Source of the DNA: Clostridium sp. UBA5530
GTDB lineage: Bacteria; Bacillota; Clostridia; Clostridiales; Clostridiaceae
NCBI GenBank assembly: GCA_002423705.1
Contig: DINW01000041.1
Coordinates: 1 to 32,000, forward strand
DNA length: 32,000 nucleotides
Direction: 5' to 3'
This document shows, piece after piece, positions 17,367 through 26,145 of the stretch; the first letter of the stretch is position 1, and each line of letters starts with the position of its first letter. A program made the translations under genes and the position numbers. The notes under the pieces were generated by a model, which did no database searches, was not told the origin of the DNA, and saw nothing but the letters and a program-made list of their open reading frames with translations.

Positions 17367-18612
17367 GAATAAAAAAAACAAAAATGTTACATCTATTGCA
17401 ATAAAAATTAATGCTATCTCTGTAAGAAATTTATTTTTTAAGTTTGTTGCACTTAATATATGTTTAATTGTTATTTTAATAGGGATTTGGTGTATAGACA
17501 ATGAAAACAATTTTTATGGGGAAATAGCACAAAATGCACAAAGATCCTTTCATTTATATCCTATAGAAGAAGCTAAATATACAGTAGTGTGGGATAATGG
17601 AAAGACTATGGTTAGGGAGGCTAGTGCTTTTCTATATTTTGTTAAAAAAATAGTTATTTTACTAGGAGTTATAGAAGGAATATTTTTATTAGAGGAAATG
17701 ATATTTGGTACAGCTAAAATCAGAAAACATTTAAAACCTCTTAACGAAATAGCAGAAACAGCAAGCAGGCTTAGTAATATGGTTTTGGATGAAGAAAAGT
17801 TTCAAAGTCTTGAAGATGCCATATCTAAAATCAGTCCTACAGCTTCAGATGAAAGAATATGCATTGGAGATAGTGACCTCCAAGGGCTAGAGGATGCCAT
17901 AAATAAATTATTAGATAGAATGAGAGAGTCATATAGACAGCAGGCAAGATTTGTTTCAGACGCATCTCATGAGCTTAGAACTCCTATTTCTGTAATTCAA
18001 GGTTATGCAAACATGCTGGATCGTTGGGGGAAAAATGATGGTAATGTATTAGAAGAATCCATTGATGCAATAAAATCTGAATCGGAAAACATGAAAAATT
18101 TGGTTGAGCAATTATTATTTTTAGCTAGAGGTATCAATGGAAAAACTCAGCTTACTTTAATGAAATTTTCACTTAATGATATGATAAAAGAGGTTTTAGA
18201 GGAATCTCAAATGATAGATAAAGATCATGAGTATATCTATATGGATTCAGGAGATGCAAGTGTCTATGGAGATGTAGCATTACTTAAACAGACAGCTAGA
18301 ATATTAGTTGAAAATGCAGCTAAGTATACAGAGCAGGGGGAAGCTATTATCCTTAGGGTAGGAAAAAATAATAAGGATGAACCATACTTTTCTATTCAGG
18401 ATAATGGAATAGGAATGGATGAAGGTGACGTTCCACATATATTTCAACGGTTTTTTAGAGCAGATACAGCAAGGATTAGAAAAAACGGGGGTACAGGACT
18501 TGGATTATCCATAGCAAAGTGGATTGTTGATAACCATAGAGGATATTTCGGCGTCCTAAGCAGAAAAGACATAGGAACAAGGGTAACGGTGTTTTTACCA
18601 CAAAAATTATAA
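17359..18612 (+). CDS. Sensor histidine kinase (HisKA + HATPase_c)
   Basis: H-box SHELRTPISVIQGY, N-box ENAAKYT, DNGIGM, GGTGLGLSIAK, and two N-terminal hydrophobic spans. Overlaps the RR stop. Confidence 0.9.
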   Translation: MNKNKKNKNVTSIAIKINAISVRNLFFKFVALNICLIVILIGIWCIDNENNFYGEIAQNAQRSFHLYPIEEAKYTVVWDNGKTMVREASAFLYFVKKIVILLGVIEGIFLLEEMIFGTAKIRKHLKPLNEIAETASRLSNMVLDEEKFQSLEDAISKISPTASDERICIGDSDLQGLEDAINKLLDRMRESYRQQARFVSDASHELRTPISVIQGYANMLDRWGKNDGNVLEESIDAIKSESENMKNLVEQLLFLARGINGKTQLTLMKFSLNDMIKEVLEESQMIDKDHEYIYMDSGDASVYGDVALLKQTARILVENAAKYTEQGEAIILRVGKNNKDEPYFSIQDNGIGMDEGDVPHIFQRFFRADTARIRKNGGTGLGLSIAKWIVDNHRGYFGVLSRKDIGTRVTVFLPQKL

Positions 18613-18653
18613 GAAAAAAATGTATTTATACAATAAACCCATGAAAACTAACA

Positions 18654-18730
18654 AGGGCGTAATTAAGATATTCAAAGCTAGATAAATTTTTATATTAAAG
18701 GAATAAATAGCTTTGAATATTTTAGTGCCC
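18654..18730 (+). terminator. Long imperfect inverted repeat, probable terminator of the two-component operon
   Basis: agggcgtaattaagatattcaaagcta pairs imperfectly with tagctttgaatattttagtgccct. The core atattcaaagcta/tagctttgaatat is perfect. The loop is long. Confidence 0.45.
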
Positions 18731-18821
18731 TAATATTGATTGTGAAAAAATAAATAGCTATTATCTATAAGTAGCTATATGTATAATGTTATATATATAT
18801 TTTTTTGTCAAGTGAGACTTA

Positions 18822-18940
18822 TTTTGGGGGAATGTGAAATCCATGAAAATAATTAGTTGAACTTATCTAGGGTAGTAGATACTGTTATGTCCAGCCTGAA
18901 GAGGGTGAAGAATTACAGTAACTAGACATGGGATTAGATG
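18822..18940 (+). repeat. Module A + module B repeat, copy 3
   Basis: ttttgggggaatgtgaaatccatgaaaataat followed by tagttgaacttatctaggg. Hairpin 18881-18892 actgttatgtcc pairs with the 3' arm within 18903-18919. Loop is agcctgaaga, tail is actagacatgggattagat. It ends about 12 nt before ATG 18952. Confidence 0.85.
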
Positions 18941-18951
18941 GGGGAATAAAT

Positions 18952-19620
18952 ATGTTAGAGAAGATGGATAGTTTTTTTGAAGCAAGGATTGAGGGTTATG
19001 ATGAGCATATGATAAACAATGTGGAAGGTTGTAAAGAGGCCTATGAAAAAATGGCTGAATTAATACCAGATCATTGCCTAAATTTACTGGACTTAGGTTG
19101 TGGTACAGGCCTCGAGCTAGATGAAATCTTTAAGAGAAATCCTGAAATTAAAGTGACAGGGGTAGATTTAACTAAAGCTATGTTAGATAAACTTAAAGAA
19201 AAATATAAGGGTAAAGAAATAACATTGATAAATGAAAATTATTTTGATTATAACTTTGATTATATGAAGTATGATGTTGTAATATCATTCCAAACTATGC
19301 ATCATTTTTATCATGAACAAAAAGTTTATTTATATACTAAAATTTACAACTCATTAAAAGAGAATGGAAAATATATTGAATGCGATTATATGGTATGTGA
19401 TCAAAAAGAAGAAGATTATAATCTTAGTGAATATGAAAGAATAAAGAAAGATTTGGGCATAGAGAAAAATGAATTTTACCATTATGATATACCGTGTACA
19501 ATTAGTAATGAGATAGAAATCCTTAGGAAGGCGGGTTTTAGAAAACCTAAGATGTTATGGAGAAAAGGAAACACAACAATAATAGAGGCTATTAAAAGCA
19601 TAGAACTAAATAAGGATTGA
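18952..19620 (+). CDS. Class I SAM-dependent methyltransferase
   Basis: Motif I LLDLGCGTGLELDEI. RBS ggggg then ATG 18952. The track start at 18928 lies inside the repeat tail. Confidence 0.8.
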   Translation: MLEKMDSFFEARIEGYDEHMINNVEGCKEAYEKMAELIPDHCLNLLDLGCGTGLELDEIFKRNPEIKVTGVDLTKAMLDKLKEKYKGKEITLINENYFDYNFDYMKYDVVISFQTMHHFYHEQKVYLYTKIYNSLKENGKYIECDYMVCDQKEEDYNLSEYERIKKDLGIEKNEFYHYDIPCTISNEIEILRKAGFRKPKMLWRKGNTTIIEAIKSIELNKD

Positions 19621-19681
19621 TATATATAATTGGTATGTTAAAATTATATATATTAAACAATAATTTCAAAGAGGTGCACAT

Positions 19682-20191
19682 ATGGAGATTATAAAGCCTG
19701 AGGAAAAGTATTTTTTGGAATATTTCAATGCATGTAAGGAATCCTATGAAAACAATATAGAGGAATGGATGCCTTTTAATCCTGAAAATTATGATGCATG
19801 GAAAGAGCGTATATTAGAAACATATGATAACTATGAAAAGGGTGAAAACATTCCAGAGGGGATGCCAAGAGTATACACTTATTGGTGTGTTGAAAATAAT
19901 GCTTTTATTGGAGAGATACAATTGCGGCCATATCTTACATATGAAGAAGCAACAAAATGGGGACATATATCTTATGCAGTACGGTACTCCCAATGGGGGA
20001 GGGGAAATGGTACTAAATTATTAAAAACCGCCATAGATAAACTCCATAAATTTGAAGTTACAGATGTATATGTTGCCTGTCATAAAAGCAATGATGCTTC
20101 AATAAGAGTTATTGAAAAAAATGCTGGAACATATGTAAAAACTATAGTTGATGAAAAGGGAATAGAGGAAAATGTTTATATAGTGAAATGA
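19682..20191 (+). CDS. GNAT family acetyltransferase (COG3981-like)
   Basis: FIGEIQLRPYL...WGHISYAVRYSQWGRGNGTKLLKTAIDKL...VACHKSNDASIRVIEKNAG. Confidence 0.75.
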   Translation: MEIIKPEEKYFLEYFNACKESYENNIEEWMPFNPENYDAWKERILETYDNYEKGENIPEGMPRVYTYWCVENNAFIGEIQLRPYLTYEEATKWGHISYAVRYSQWGRGNGTKLLKTAIDKLHKFEVTDVYVACHKSNDASIRVIEKNAGTYVKTIVDEKGIEENVYIVK

Positions 20192-20237
20192 TATCACTAG
20201 ATAAAATAAAATTATTAGAATATAGGGGGCTGATATT

Positions 20238-20723
20238 ATGAATTTCAGGATTATCTCATTACCACCTTTTAGAGCTGCGTCCTCAGGGGTGGATAAAGAT
20301 TTTGATTTTTCTTCAGAGGGAATCTTAGGAAAGTTTGATGCATATTTTTCCAAGATTAACCTATTGCCACGGGATGACTTTATGCCACGGGACTTTTTAT
20401 TTTTTGATCCTATAGAAGGAGGCATGGTTTGGTGGTGGGCCTTAAATGAGGACATGGATGCTAATAGTTATGATGTGGTTGACTTTGAAGGTGGATATTA
20501 TCTGACCTATGCATATAAAGATGGTGATGAGGACATGGATAATCAACTCCATAATGAAGCCATGGACTATATTAGAGAATCTGAACTATTTGAATTAGAT
20601 GAGCGTAAAAACCACTATACCATGGGTCATATCATAACACCTAGCAATATTATCAAGGCACAAGGATGGGCTCAGATGGAGACATTTATACCAATTAAGT
20701 TGAGGACGGAATGTAATAGCTAA
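20238..20723 (+). CDS. Putative GyrI-like / effector-binding-domain protein
   Basis: 161 aa. Layout and C-terminal HYTMGHIITP...METFIPIK resemble GyrI-like small-molecule binding domains. The family call is weak. Confidence 0.4.
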   Translation: MNFRIISLPPFRAASSGVDKDFDFSSEGILGKFDAYFSKINLLPRDDFMPRDFLFFDPIEGGMVWWWALNEDMDANSYDVVDFEGGYYLTYAYKDGDEDMDNQLHNEAMDYIRESELFELDERKNHYTMGHIITPSNIIKAQGWAQMETFIPIKLRTECNS

Positions 20724-20836
20724 GTTTTAGGGGGAATTTGAACTCCAACTAAATATTAGTTGAACTTATCTAGGCATATAGTTACTTTTATCTGCCACCT
20801 GAATAGGGTGAAGTAGTACAGCATGTAGACATTAAC
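20724..20836 (+). repeat. Module A + module B repeat, copy 4 (starts right after the stop codon at 20721-20723)
   Basis: gttttagggggaatttgaactccaactaaatatt followed by agttgaacttatctagg. In the hairpin, tacttttatc pairs with ggtgaag(t)agta. Loop is tgccacctgaatag, tail is tgtagacattaac. Confidence 0.85.
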
Positions 20837-20855
20837 GCAACAATCTTAACAATGA

Positions 20856-20884
20856 TTGACAGTATAGGTTAAATGAGGTATTAT
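20856..20884 (+). promoter_or_regulatory. Candidate sigma-A promoter for the cobalamin-riboswitch transcript
   Basis: TTGACA (20856-20861), 17 nt, TATTAT (20879-20884). Confidence 0.55.
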
Positions 20885-20906
20885 AAAGAAGGAAAATTTA
20901 ATAATA

Positions 20907-21072
20907 TAATTACAGTGCATGTGGAATATCATGCTTAAATGGGAACACGGTTAGAATCCGTGACAGTCACGCTGCTGTATGGTGAACGAAAGCCCAAGAA
21001 TGTCACTGGAGAGAAATCTCTGGGAAGGCGGGTAAGTAGGTTGAAGCTAAGTCAGAATATCTGCTGTAATTA
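20907..21072 (+). promoter_or_regulatory. Cobalamin (B12) riboswitch aptamer
   Basis: P1 taattacag (20907-20915) / ctgtaatta (21064-21072). Core aaatgggaacacggttagaatccgtgacagtcacgctgctgta. gtcactgg...gggaaggcg. B12-box-like agtcagaatatctgc. Confidence 0.9.
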
Positions 21073-21223
21073 CAGACAATGTTTATCCTTTCGACAGAAA
21101 AGGATGTCTGAACTTTAGTAAACACAGATTTGAGGATTTAAATATGTATGTTCTGTTGTAAACATTTACAGAAACATGTGTAGTTGCTATTAAGTGTATT
21201 AGTAAAGGAAACTGATGATTTTA

Positions 21224-21256
21224 AGACAGGCTGTCGAAGGACAGTCTGTTTTTTAA
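21224..21256 (+). terminator. Riboswitch-associated intrinsic terminator
   Basis: 12-bp stem agacaggctgtc / gacagtctgttt with GAAG loop, followed by a T-run. It lies 32 nt before ATG 21288. Confidence 0.75.
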
Positions 21257-21287
21257 TTTTCATTAAAGAGAAAGGGAGAGAAGGAAG

Positions 21288-24200
21288 ATGAAACAAACTA
21301 AAAGGATTATGTCTATCTTGCTGTGTTGCTGTTTGATGATGAGCTGGCTTTTTACAGCATTTCCAAAGGTAGCAAAAGCACAGAGAATAGGCAGTAAACA
21401 GACCTCAGTAATTGCAGATGTAGAAGTTGGGCTTATAATCAATAGCTTAAGTGAAAGAATTACAGAGAGACCAGTTGATCTCAAGGTACCCTATAGTAAG
21501 TTTAGTGAGCTAGGATTACAAGTTAGCAATGACGATCCTGGCTTCATAACCCCACTACATGTACTTGCACAATACTATATTCAGAAAAAAGGAGCTACCG
21601 TTGATAATATAAAACAATACATCGATATAAATACTGATGGCATAGTGAATAACATTGAGGATATCAATGGTATTGATAAGGGAAATAATGCTGATGCACA
21701 GTGGGTTTGCAGTGCAAGCTTTAGTGATAATGCCACTAATAATTTTACTACCTCAGAAGTAACATCCCAATGGGGAAAAGCTTCAGTATATTTTTATGGC
21801 ATAAGTAAAGCAGAAACCAAATTCGTAGCAAACGGAAATACAATGATAAACGCTGCTGCTGGAGTACCAGGAGATATTTATTTGAATGTAAGCTCTTATA
21901 ATAGCGAGGACTCAACATTAAATGCCATGGATGGTGCAACGACCTTAGTAAAACGAATTAATGATGATGGATCTAAAGTTGTAATATCACCAAACGAAGG
22001 AAACTATACTTTAGATGAGATAAAAGATAATGCTCTCAATTTTAAATTTAATGAAATAGGGAATTATGAAATATACCTTCAGAAGATTGACGGTAATAAA
22101 AGACTTTCAAATGCCTCTTATATTTTAGTTAATGTAGAGTCTAAAGAGCAGTATAATTTTAAACAAGATTGGGATTCTGTGAATTGGCCTGAGCACAATA
22201 CAGTTATGGGTGGTAATAGAACTAATGGCATGATTACTAGTGGAATAACTGTAGTTGGCACATACGGGCAAACAAAAGTTCATTGGAAGAGTTCTGACGA
22301 GAGCATTATAAAAATCACCTCTGATTATGATAAAGATCGTCTTCTCTATGAAACTACCAATATGGGTCTTGGGGATAGAGAGGTAGAAATTACAGCCAAT
22401 GCTGTGGATCCCTCAGGGAAAACTTATAGCAAAACATTTATGTTAACAATCTTAGGTGTAGACACAACAAAATTATCAAATTTAGAGGTTGAAGGAATTC
22501 CAAACTTTCATTTTGTAGAAGGAAAAGGAACTTATCGGTTTACTTTAGATAAAAATATGAGAGAAATCAAGGTTATTGCTACCCCTCTAGCCACAGATTT
22601 GGGATCAAATCTAAAATTAAAGGTTGGTAGTCAGCAGTATAAGTTTGGAGAACCTATCACCTTTAAAATTGATCCAAACAAAGTATTGAATTCTTTTTCT
22701 ATTATAGTAGAGAGATATCATTCCAAAGGGTTTAGCGGAGCCTTAGCAGTAAGCAAAAGTACTTATACGATTGAATTTTATAAGTCAGCAACAACTTTAC
22801 CAGCATATGATGCTTTTTATGGAATGGCACGAGTTGATAGCAGTAATAGTAGTATTGTAAATGCATTGACTCCCAGAAATATAAATGATATTGATGTAGA
22901 AGCCACCTGGGAAAAGGCTATTCGTAAAAATGGTGATGGAATGATGGGATGGGGAAAATGGACCTATCCAATTGTGGTAGATAAGCATATTTATATAGCG
23001 GTGGATCAAGAACTTCGTAAATATGATATGGATGGAAATTTAGTAAAAACAGGTGAAATAGGCACAACCGTATTAGGTGGAGGCTATACAGGATGGCTTG
23101 CTTATGGAGATGGAATGATCTTTGTTCCTATTGGTTCAGCAGTATATGCCTTTAACGCAAACGACCTCTCACCATTATGGAGAGGAGATACAGGAATACA
23201 CGCATCTCAGAGTAGTGCTCCTGTTTTATATCACAATGGTTATATTTATTCTGGAATTACTACAGGTGGAGGAAATCCCCCTACTGGTGGTTTCTATTGT
23301 ATGGATGTTATCGATGAAAATCCAGATAATCCTACGGAGAGGAAAGATGCTATATGGACTATAGAAGGCCCTAGTTTTTATTGGGCAGGAGCTTGCATAG
23401 CAGGAGATTACCTAGTTGTCCCTTGTGATACTGGAGATGTTTATTCAATAGATTTAAAAAAATCTATTACTCAGAAAAAGGCAGTTATTGTGGATATTTT
23501 AAATATGAGTGACAATGATAATGTGGGGGTAACAAGTTCCAAAGATAGAGCTCAGAGAAGTCGAATTCGCTCATCTGTACTCTATGATGACCAAAGAAAT
23601 ACAATTTACTATTCATCTTATAGTGGAAACTTTCATGCTGCAAAGATTGATAATGGAAAATTTCAAAAGGGAAAAAATAATGAGAACGTTAAAAGTCTTT
23701 CTTTAGGAGTATACAACAACTCTTCAGTTACCTTTAATGGGAAAGTATACGTTTGTGGACAAAAAGGACTAAATGTTATTGATGCTGACACCTTTAAGTT
23801 ACTTTACACAGCTCCTTTTGAGGCTGGAGAGGAAACTCAGCTTGGGAGCCTGACTCTTTCTACAGCATATGCAAACAAAGAAAATGGACAACAGATATAT
23901 TTATATTTCAACACAAATACCAACCCAAATAAAATTTATGTTTTCGCTGATAATGATAAAGCAGCTTCTGGCATAGTAAAAAAGTTATATGAGGCTAAAA
24001 CTTATCCTCAATATTCCACCTCTAATGTTGTTGTGGCAGATGATGGTTCATTGCTTGCAGTTAATGACTATTGCTCTATGTTGCGTATTAAAGGTACTGC
24101 AACTATAGAAACTTTGAAACAGGAGAAATATGTACAGACAATGATTAACGACCTTGGAGACAAACTTACTGATGAAAATGAAGAAGCATTTTTAGAGGCT

Positions 24201-24479
24201 GAAAAGGCTTATACTGAATTGACTGAGGCTCAAAAAGGACAAATAGACAATGCAAAATTGATAGCATTTAGATCACAATATAATGAAAAGCATAAGGAGC
24301 ATAAAGAAAATAGCACTAGCCAAGGTAAAGGGGAAGAAAATAATTTAGACAAAACAATAAACTCACCAGACACAGGTGATAAAACATCTATCCTTACTAT
24401 TTTAATAGCATTAATAGGGACCATAGAGGTTATCATATTTTCCAGAAAGAACAGAATTCATAGATTTACATCCAAGTAA
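21288..24479 (+). CDS. Secreted, sortase-anchored multidomain surface protein: DUF4430/transcobalamin-like N-domain, Ig-like and cadherin-like beta-sandwich domains, PQQ-like beta-propeller
   Basis: Signal peptide MKQTKRIMSILLCCCLMMSWLFTAFPKVAKA|Q. The N-domain (GFITPLHVLAQYY...DGIVNNIEDINGI...AQWVC) is DUF4430-like. LSNLEVEGIPNFHFVEGKGTYRFTLDKNMREIKVIATP is cadherin-like. The propeller-like region has repeated strand patterns (IYIAVDQELRKYDMDGNLV, MIFVPIGSAVYAFNANDLSPLW, LVVPCDTGDVYSID, VYVCGQKGLNVIDADTFKLLY). Confidence 0.8.
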   Translation: MKQTKRIMSILLCCCLMMSWLFTAFPKVAKAQRIGSKQTSVIADVEVGLIINSLSERITERPVDLKVPYSKFSELGLQVSNDDPGFITPLHVLAQYYIQKKGATVDNIKQYIDINTDGIVNNIEDINGIDKGNNADAQWVCSASFSDNATNNFTTSEVTSQWGKASVYFYGISKAETKFVANGNTMINAAAGVPGDIYLNVSSYNSEDSTLNAMDGATTLVKRINDDGSKVVISPNEGNYTLDEIKDNALNFKFNEIGNYEIYLQKIDGNKRLSNASYILVNVESKEQYNFKQDWDSVNWPEHNTVMGGNRTNGMITSGITVVGTYGQTKVHWKSSDESIIKITSDYDKDRLLYETTNMGLGDREVEITANAVDPSGKTYSKTFMLTILGVDTTKLSNLEVEGIPNFHFVEGKGTYRFTLDKNMREIKVIATPLATDLGSNLKLKVGSQQYKFGEPITFKIDPNKVLNSFSIIVERYHSKGFSGALAVSKSTYTIEFYKSATTLPAYDAFYGMARVDSSNSSIVNALTPRNINDIDVEATWEKAIRKNGDGMMGWGKWTYPIVVDKHIYIAVDQELRKYDMDGNLVKTGEIGTTVLGGGYTGWLAYGDGMIFVPIGSAVYAFNANDLSPLWRGDTGIHASQSSAPVLYHNGYIYSGITTGGGNPPTGGFYCMDVIDENPDNPTERKDAIWTIEGPSFYWAGACIAGDYLVVPCDTGDVYSIDLKKSITQKKAVIVDILNMSDNDNVGVTSSKDRAQRSRIRSSVLYDDQRNTIYYSSYSGNFHAAKIDNGKFQKGKNNENVKSLSLGVYNNSSVTFNGKVYVCGQKGLNVIDADTFKLLYTAPFEAGEETQLGSLTLSTAYANKENGQQIYLYFNTNTNPNKIYVFADNDKAASGIVKKLYEAKTYPQYSTSNVVVADDGSLLAVNDYCSMLRIKGTATIETLKQEKYVQTMINDLGDKLTDENEEAFLEAEKAYTELTEAQKGQIDNAKLIAFRSQYNEKHKEHKENSTSQGKGEENNLDKTINSPDTGDKTSILTILIALIGTIEVIIFSRKNRIHRFTSK
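24363..24476 (+). other. C-terminal cell-wall sorting signal, (S/P)PxTG type
   Basis: SPDTG, then hydrophobic ILTILIALIGTIEVIIF, then basic tail SRKNRIHR. The SPxTG motif is the class used by the Clostridioides difficile sortase. Confidence 0.7.
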
Positions 24480-24530
24480 TGATGATTTCATGGAAACAAC
24501 ATAGATAACAGAAGATATAACAATTAATAG

Positions 24531-24566
24531 ACCCACTATATGGATTTTATTCATATAGTGGGTTTA
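24531..24566 (+). terminator. Stem-loop after the surface-protein gene
   Basis: acccactatatg (24531-24542) pairs with catatagtgggt (24552-24563). The T-tract is poor. Confidence 0.5.
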
Positions 24567-24634
24567 CTAACTGCTAAAAGGCCAGTGAAATAAGGCTAAT
24601 AAATTTAAATAGCCATAGATTAAATAAAAAATCC

Positions 24635-25249
24635 TTAGTCTTCAATAATCCAATATGGCATGTCCAGTGATTCCTTTGACTCTAAAGGTATTTTTACATC
24701 CTTTCGTAATGGGCCATATAAAGTCTTGTGGTTATGCATCAGGGTTGTTATTTCTGACGGATCTAAGGGGCATAGTGCACCAAGAAGTAAAGCTTGCCAG
24801 CCCATACCGCAGGTGGCCATCTTATATACGGCCTGAAACCCATTTCTCTTATAGAAAGCTATTCGTCTCTCACGAATAAGGTTTTCTTTTAGATTGTCCC
24901 CAGGTACTGGTAATTCTGATTCTACAATTATGTATCTGTCTTTGTAGTATTCTTTAAGTAAGGATAAAAGTTCACTACCTAAGCCCTTATTTCTGAGATT
25001 TGAAGACACTCCAAGATAATCTAGAAGTAATAAATCTGTGTCTATAGATTTCCATATAGTTGCATATCCTAGCATTTGTTCATGAGGACATTGGAATAAT
25101 CCTAGTAAATCATAGCACCTAGAGTCTTTAAGTGATAGAATATAGGACAAAGGCTTTCTTTCTTGAGGATTAAAATCTTTTTGAAACTCTGTTGTATACC
25201 AATATTGAATTTCTGCATCTGTCATAGGACGTAGCTTTAAAGTGTTCAT
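24635..25249 (-). CDS. GNAT family N-acetyltransferase
   Basis: LDYLGVSSNLRNKGLGSELLSLLKEYY (acetyl-CoA loop) and RRIAFYKRNGF (motif B). RBS aaggtagg. Confidence 0.8.
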   Translation of the reverse strand: MNTLKLRPMTDAEIQYWYTTEFQKDFNPQERKPLSYILSLKDSRCYDLLGLFQCPHEQMLGYATIWKSIDTDLLLLDYLGVSSNLRNKGLGSELLSLLKEYYKDRYIIVESELPVPGDNLKENLIRERRIAFYKRNGFQAVYKMATCGMGWQALLLGALCPLDPSEITTLMHNHKTLYGPLRKDVKIPLESKESLDMPYWIIED

Positions 25250-25656
25250 TATTATAAACCTACCTTATTAAGAACTTATTGAAATTATAGCATATATTGT
25301 AACAAATGTGGGGTTTAATTATAGTAAAGCTACTTAAAATGCTAGATAGGACAACTAGATATTGGTAATATGAGGTAGACAAGGTATTTGCCAAATGATA
25401 AAATATAACTTGTATGAAATTAGAATAAAATATGATATTAAAGGGTGATAAAAATGGTAATGGTTCGTTTGAATCTAGGCTTTTTTAGAGTCAGGAAAAC
25501 ACCAGCAATAAAGCTCTATGCAGAATCAGTCTTATAGACAATGGCCATAAATGCATAGAGAACAATAATTTAAATGGCTATATTCATTCTAATTTTGAAA
25601 TTTTAATGAGTCTGATTTTGCATCCTTAGCTATTAAAAAGTAAGGGAGCAATTAGA

Positions 25657-25926
25657 ATGAAATATGTAAATGCTATAGAAATATTACCACAAAGTTTGCT
25701 TAATGAAATTCAGAAGTATATAGCTGGTGATGTACTATATATTCCACAGGTTAAAGGTGAGAAAAACTCATGGGGGAGTAGGACAGGTACAAGACAGGAA
25801 ATTATTAATAGAAATAAACAAATTAAGTATGAAAAACATAATGGAAAGACCATTGATGAACTTATGGTAAAGTATAATCTTTCCTATGATACAATTAAAA
25901 AAATCGTATATGCAAAACACAGGTAA
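25657..25926 (+). CDS. Small HTH protein of the Mor / CD3324-like type
   Basis: 89 aa. YIPQVKGEKNSWGSRTGTRQEIINRNKQI ... IDELMVKYNLSYDTIKKIVY. RBS aagggag. Confidence 0.5.
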   Translation: MKYVNAIEILPQSLLNEIQKYIAGDVLYIPQVKGEKNSWGSRTGTRQEIINRNKQIKYEKHNGKTIDELMVKYNLSYDTIKKIVYAKHR

Positions 25927-25933
25927 TGTTTGA

Positions 25934-25978
25934 AACCTCCAATATAAACTTATGTTTCTATTGGAGGTTAATTTTATT
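25934..25978 (+). terminator. Rho-independent terminator
   Basis: aacctccaata (25934-25944) pairs with tattggaggtt (25959-25969), followed by aattttattt. Confidence 0.7.
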
Positions 25979-26145
25979 TCATGTCTACCAGAGGTAGCAC
26001 TCCCTTAATTAGTATGAAAATCAAAATAAAACTGTGCAGAAAACAATTATAATAGTTGTTTGCCTTTAACAATAATCCCCAATGGTTTATGATAAATTAA
26101 GAACACCAATACAATATTGGATTAAATTAGGGGGATCAAAGGAAA

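Noticed and set aside
18857-18886. Outward promoter inside module B (TTGAAC as a -35 box)
   Set aside because: Seventeen nt downstream the hexamers are TACTGT, TGGTAT or TGTTGC in different copies. None is a credible -10.
18896-18903. Hammerhead-ribozyme-like CUGAAGAG in the loop of repeat copy 3
   Set aside because: The CUGANGA core is not conserved in other copies (CTAAAGA in copy 1, CTGAGTA in copy 2, CTGAATA in copy 4). There is no stem II hairpin followed by GAAA and no plausible cleavage-site helix.
18928-18951. Upstream ATG start of the methyltransferase ORF
   Set aside because: ATG 18928 is within the repeat tail (actagacATGggattagat) and has no RBS. ATG 18952 follows ggggg.
20099-20455. 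118-aa minus-strand ORF spanning the GNAT/GyrI-like gene junction
   Set aside because: It overlaps two plus-strand CDS that have RBSs and family motifs. Its product is low-complexity, so it is a shadow ORF.
273-24879. Remaining short track ORFs: 273-539, 2060-2257, 4678-4860, 7263-7445, 7539-7793, 9292-9498, 9335-9517, 11848-12039, 12961-13197, 15659-15907, 16274-16456, 17283-17510, 19824-20024, 21263-21484, 21748-21939, 22797-23009, 23122-23364, 24230-24436, 24655-24879, and also 26186-26389
   Set aside because: All are nested in or antisense to longer CDS with clear family motifs. None has a recognisable domain or a convincing RBS.
25454-25560. 27-codon ORF (MVMVRLNLGFFRVRKTPAIKLYAESVL) and a 9-bp inverted repeat ctctatgca/tgcatagag in the 400-nt gap between the divergent GNAT and the CD3324-like gene
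   Set aside because: The ORF is short, has only a marginal RBS and shows no peptide features. The inverted repeat has a 29-nt loop and could be an operator, but nothing supports that from sequence alone.
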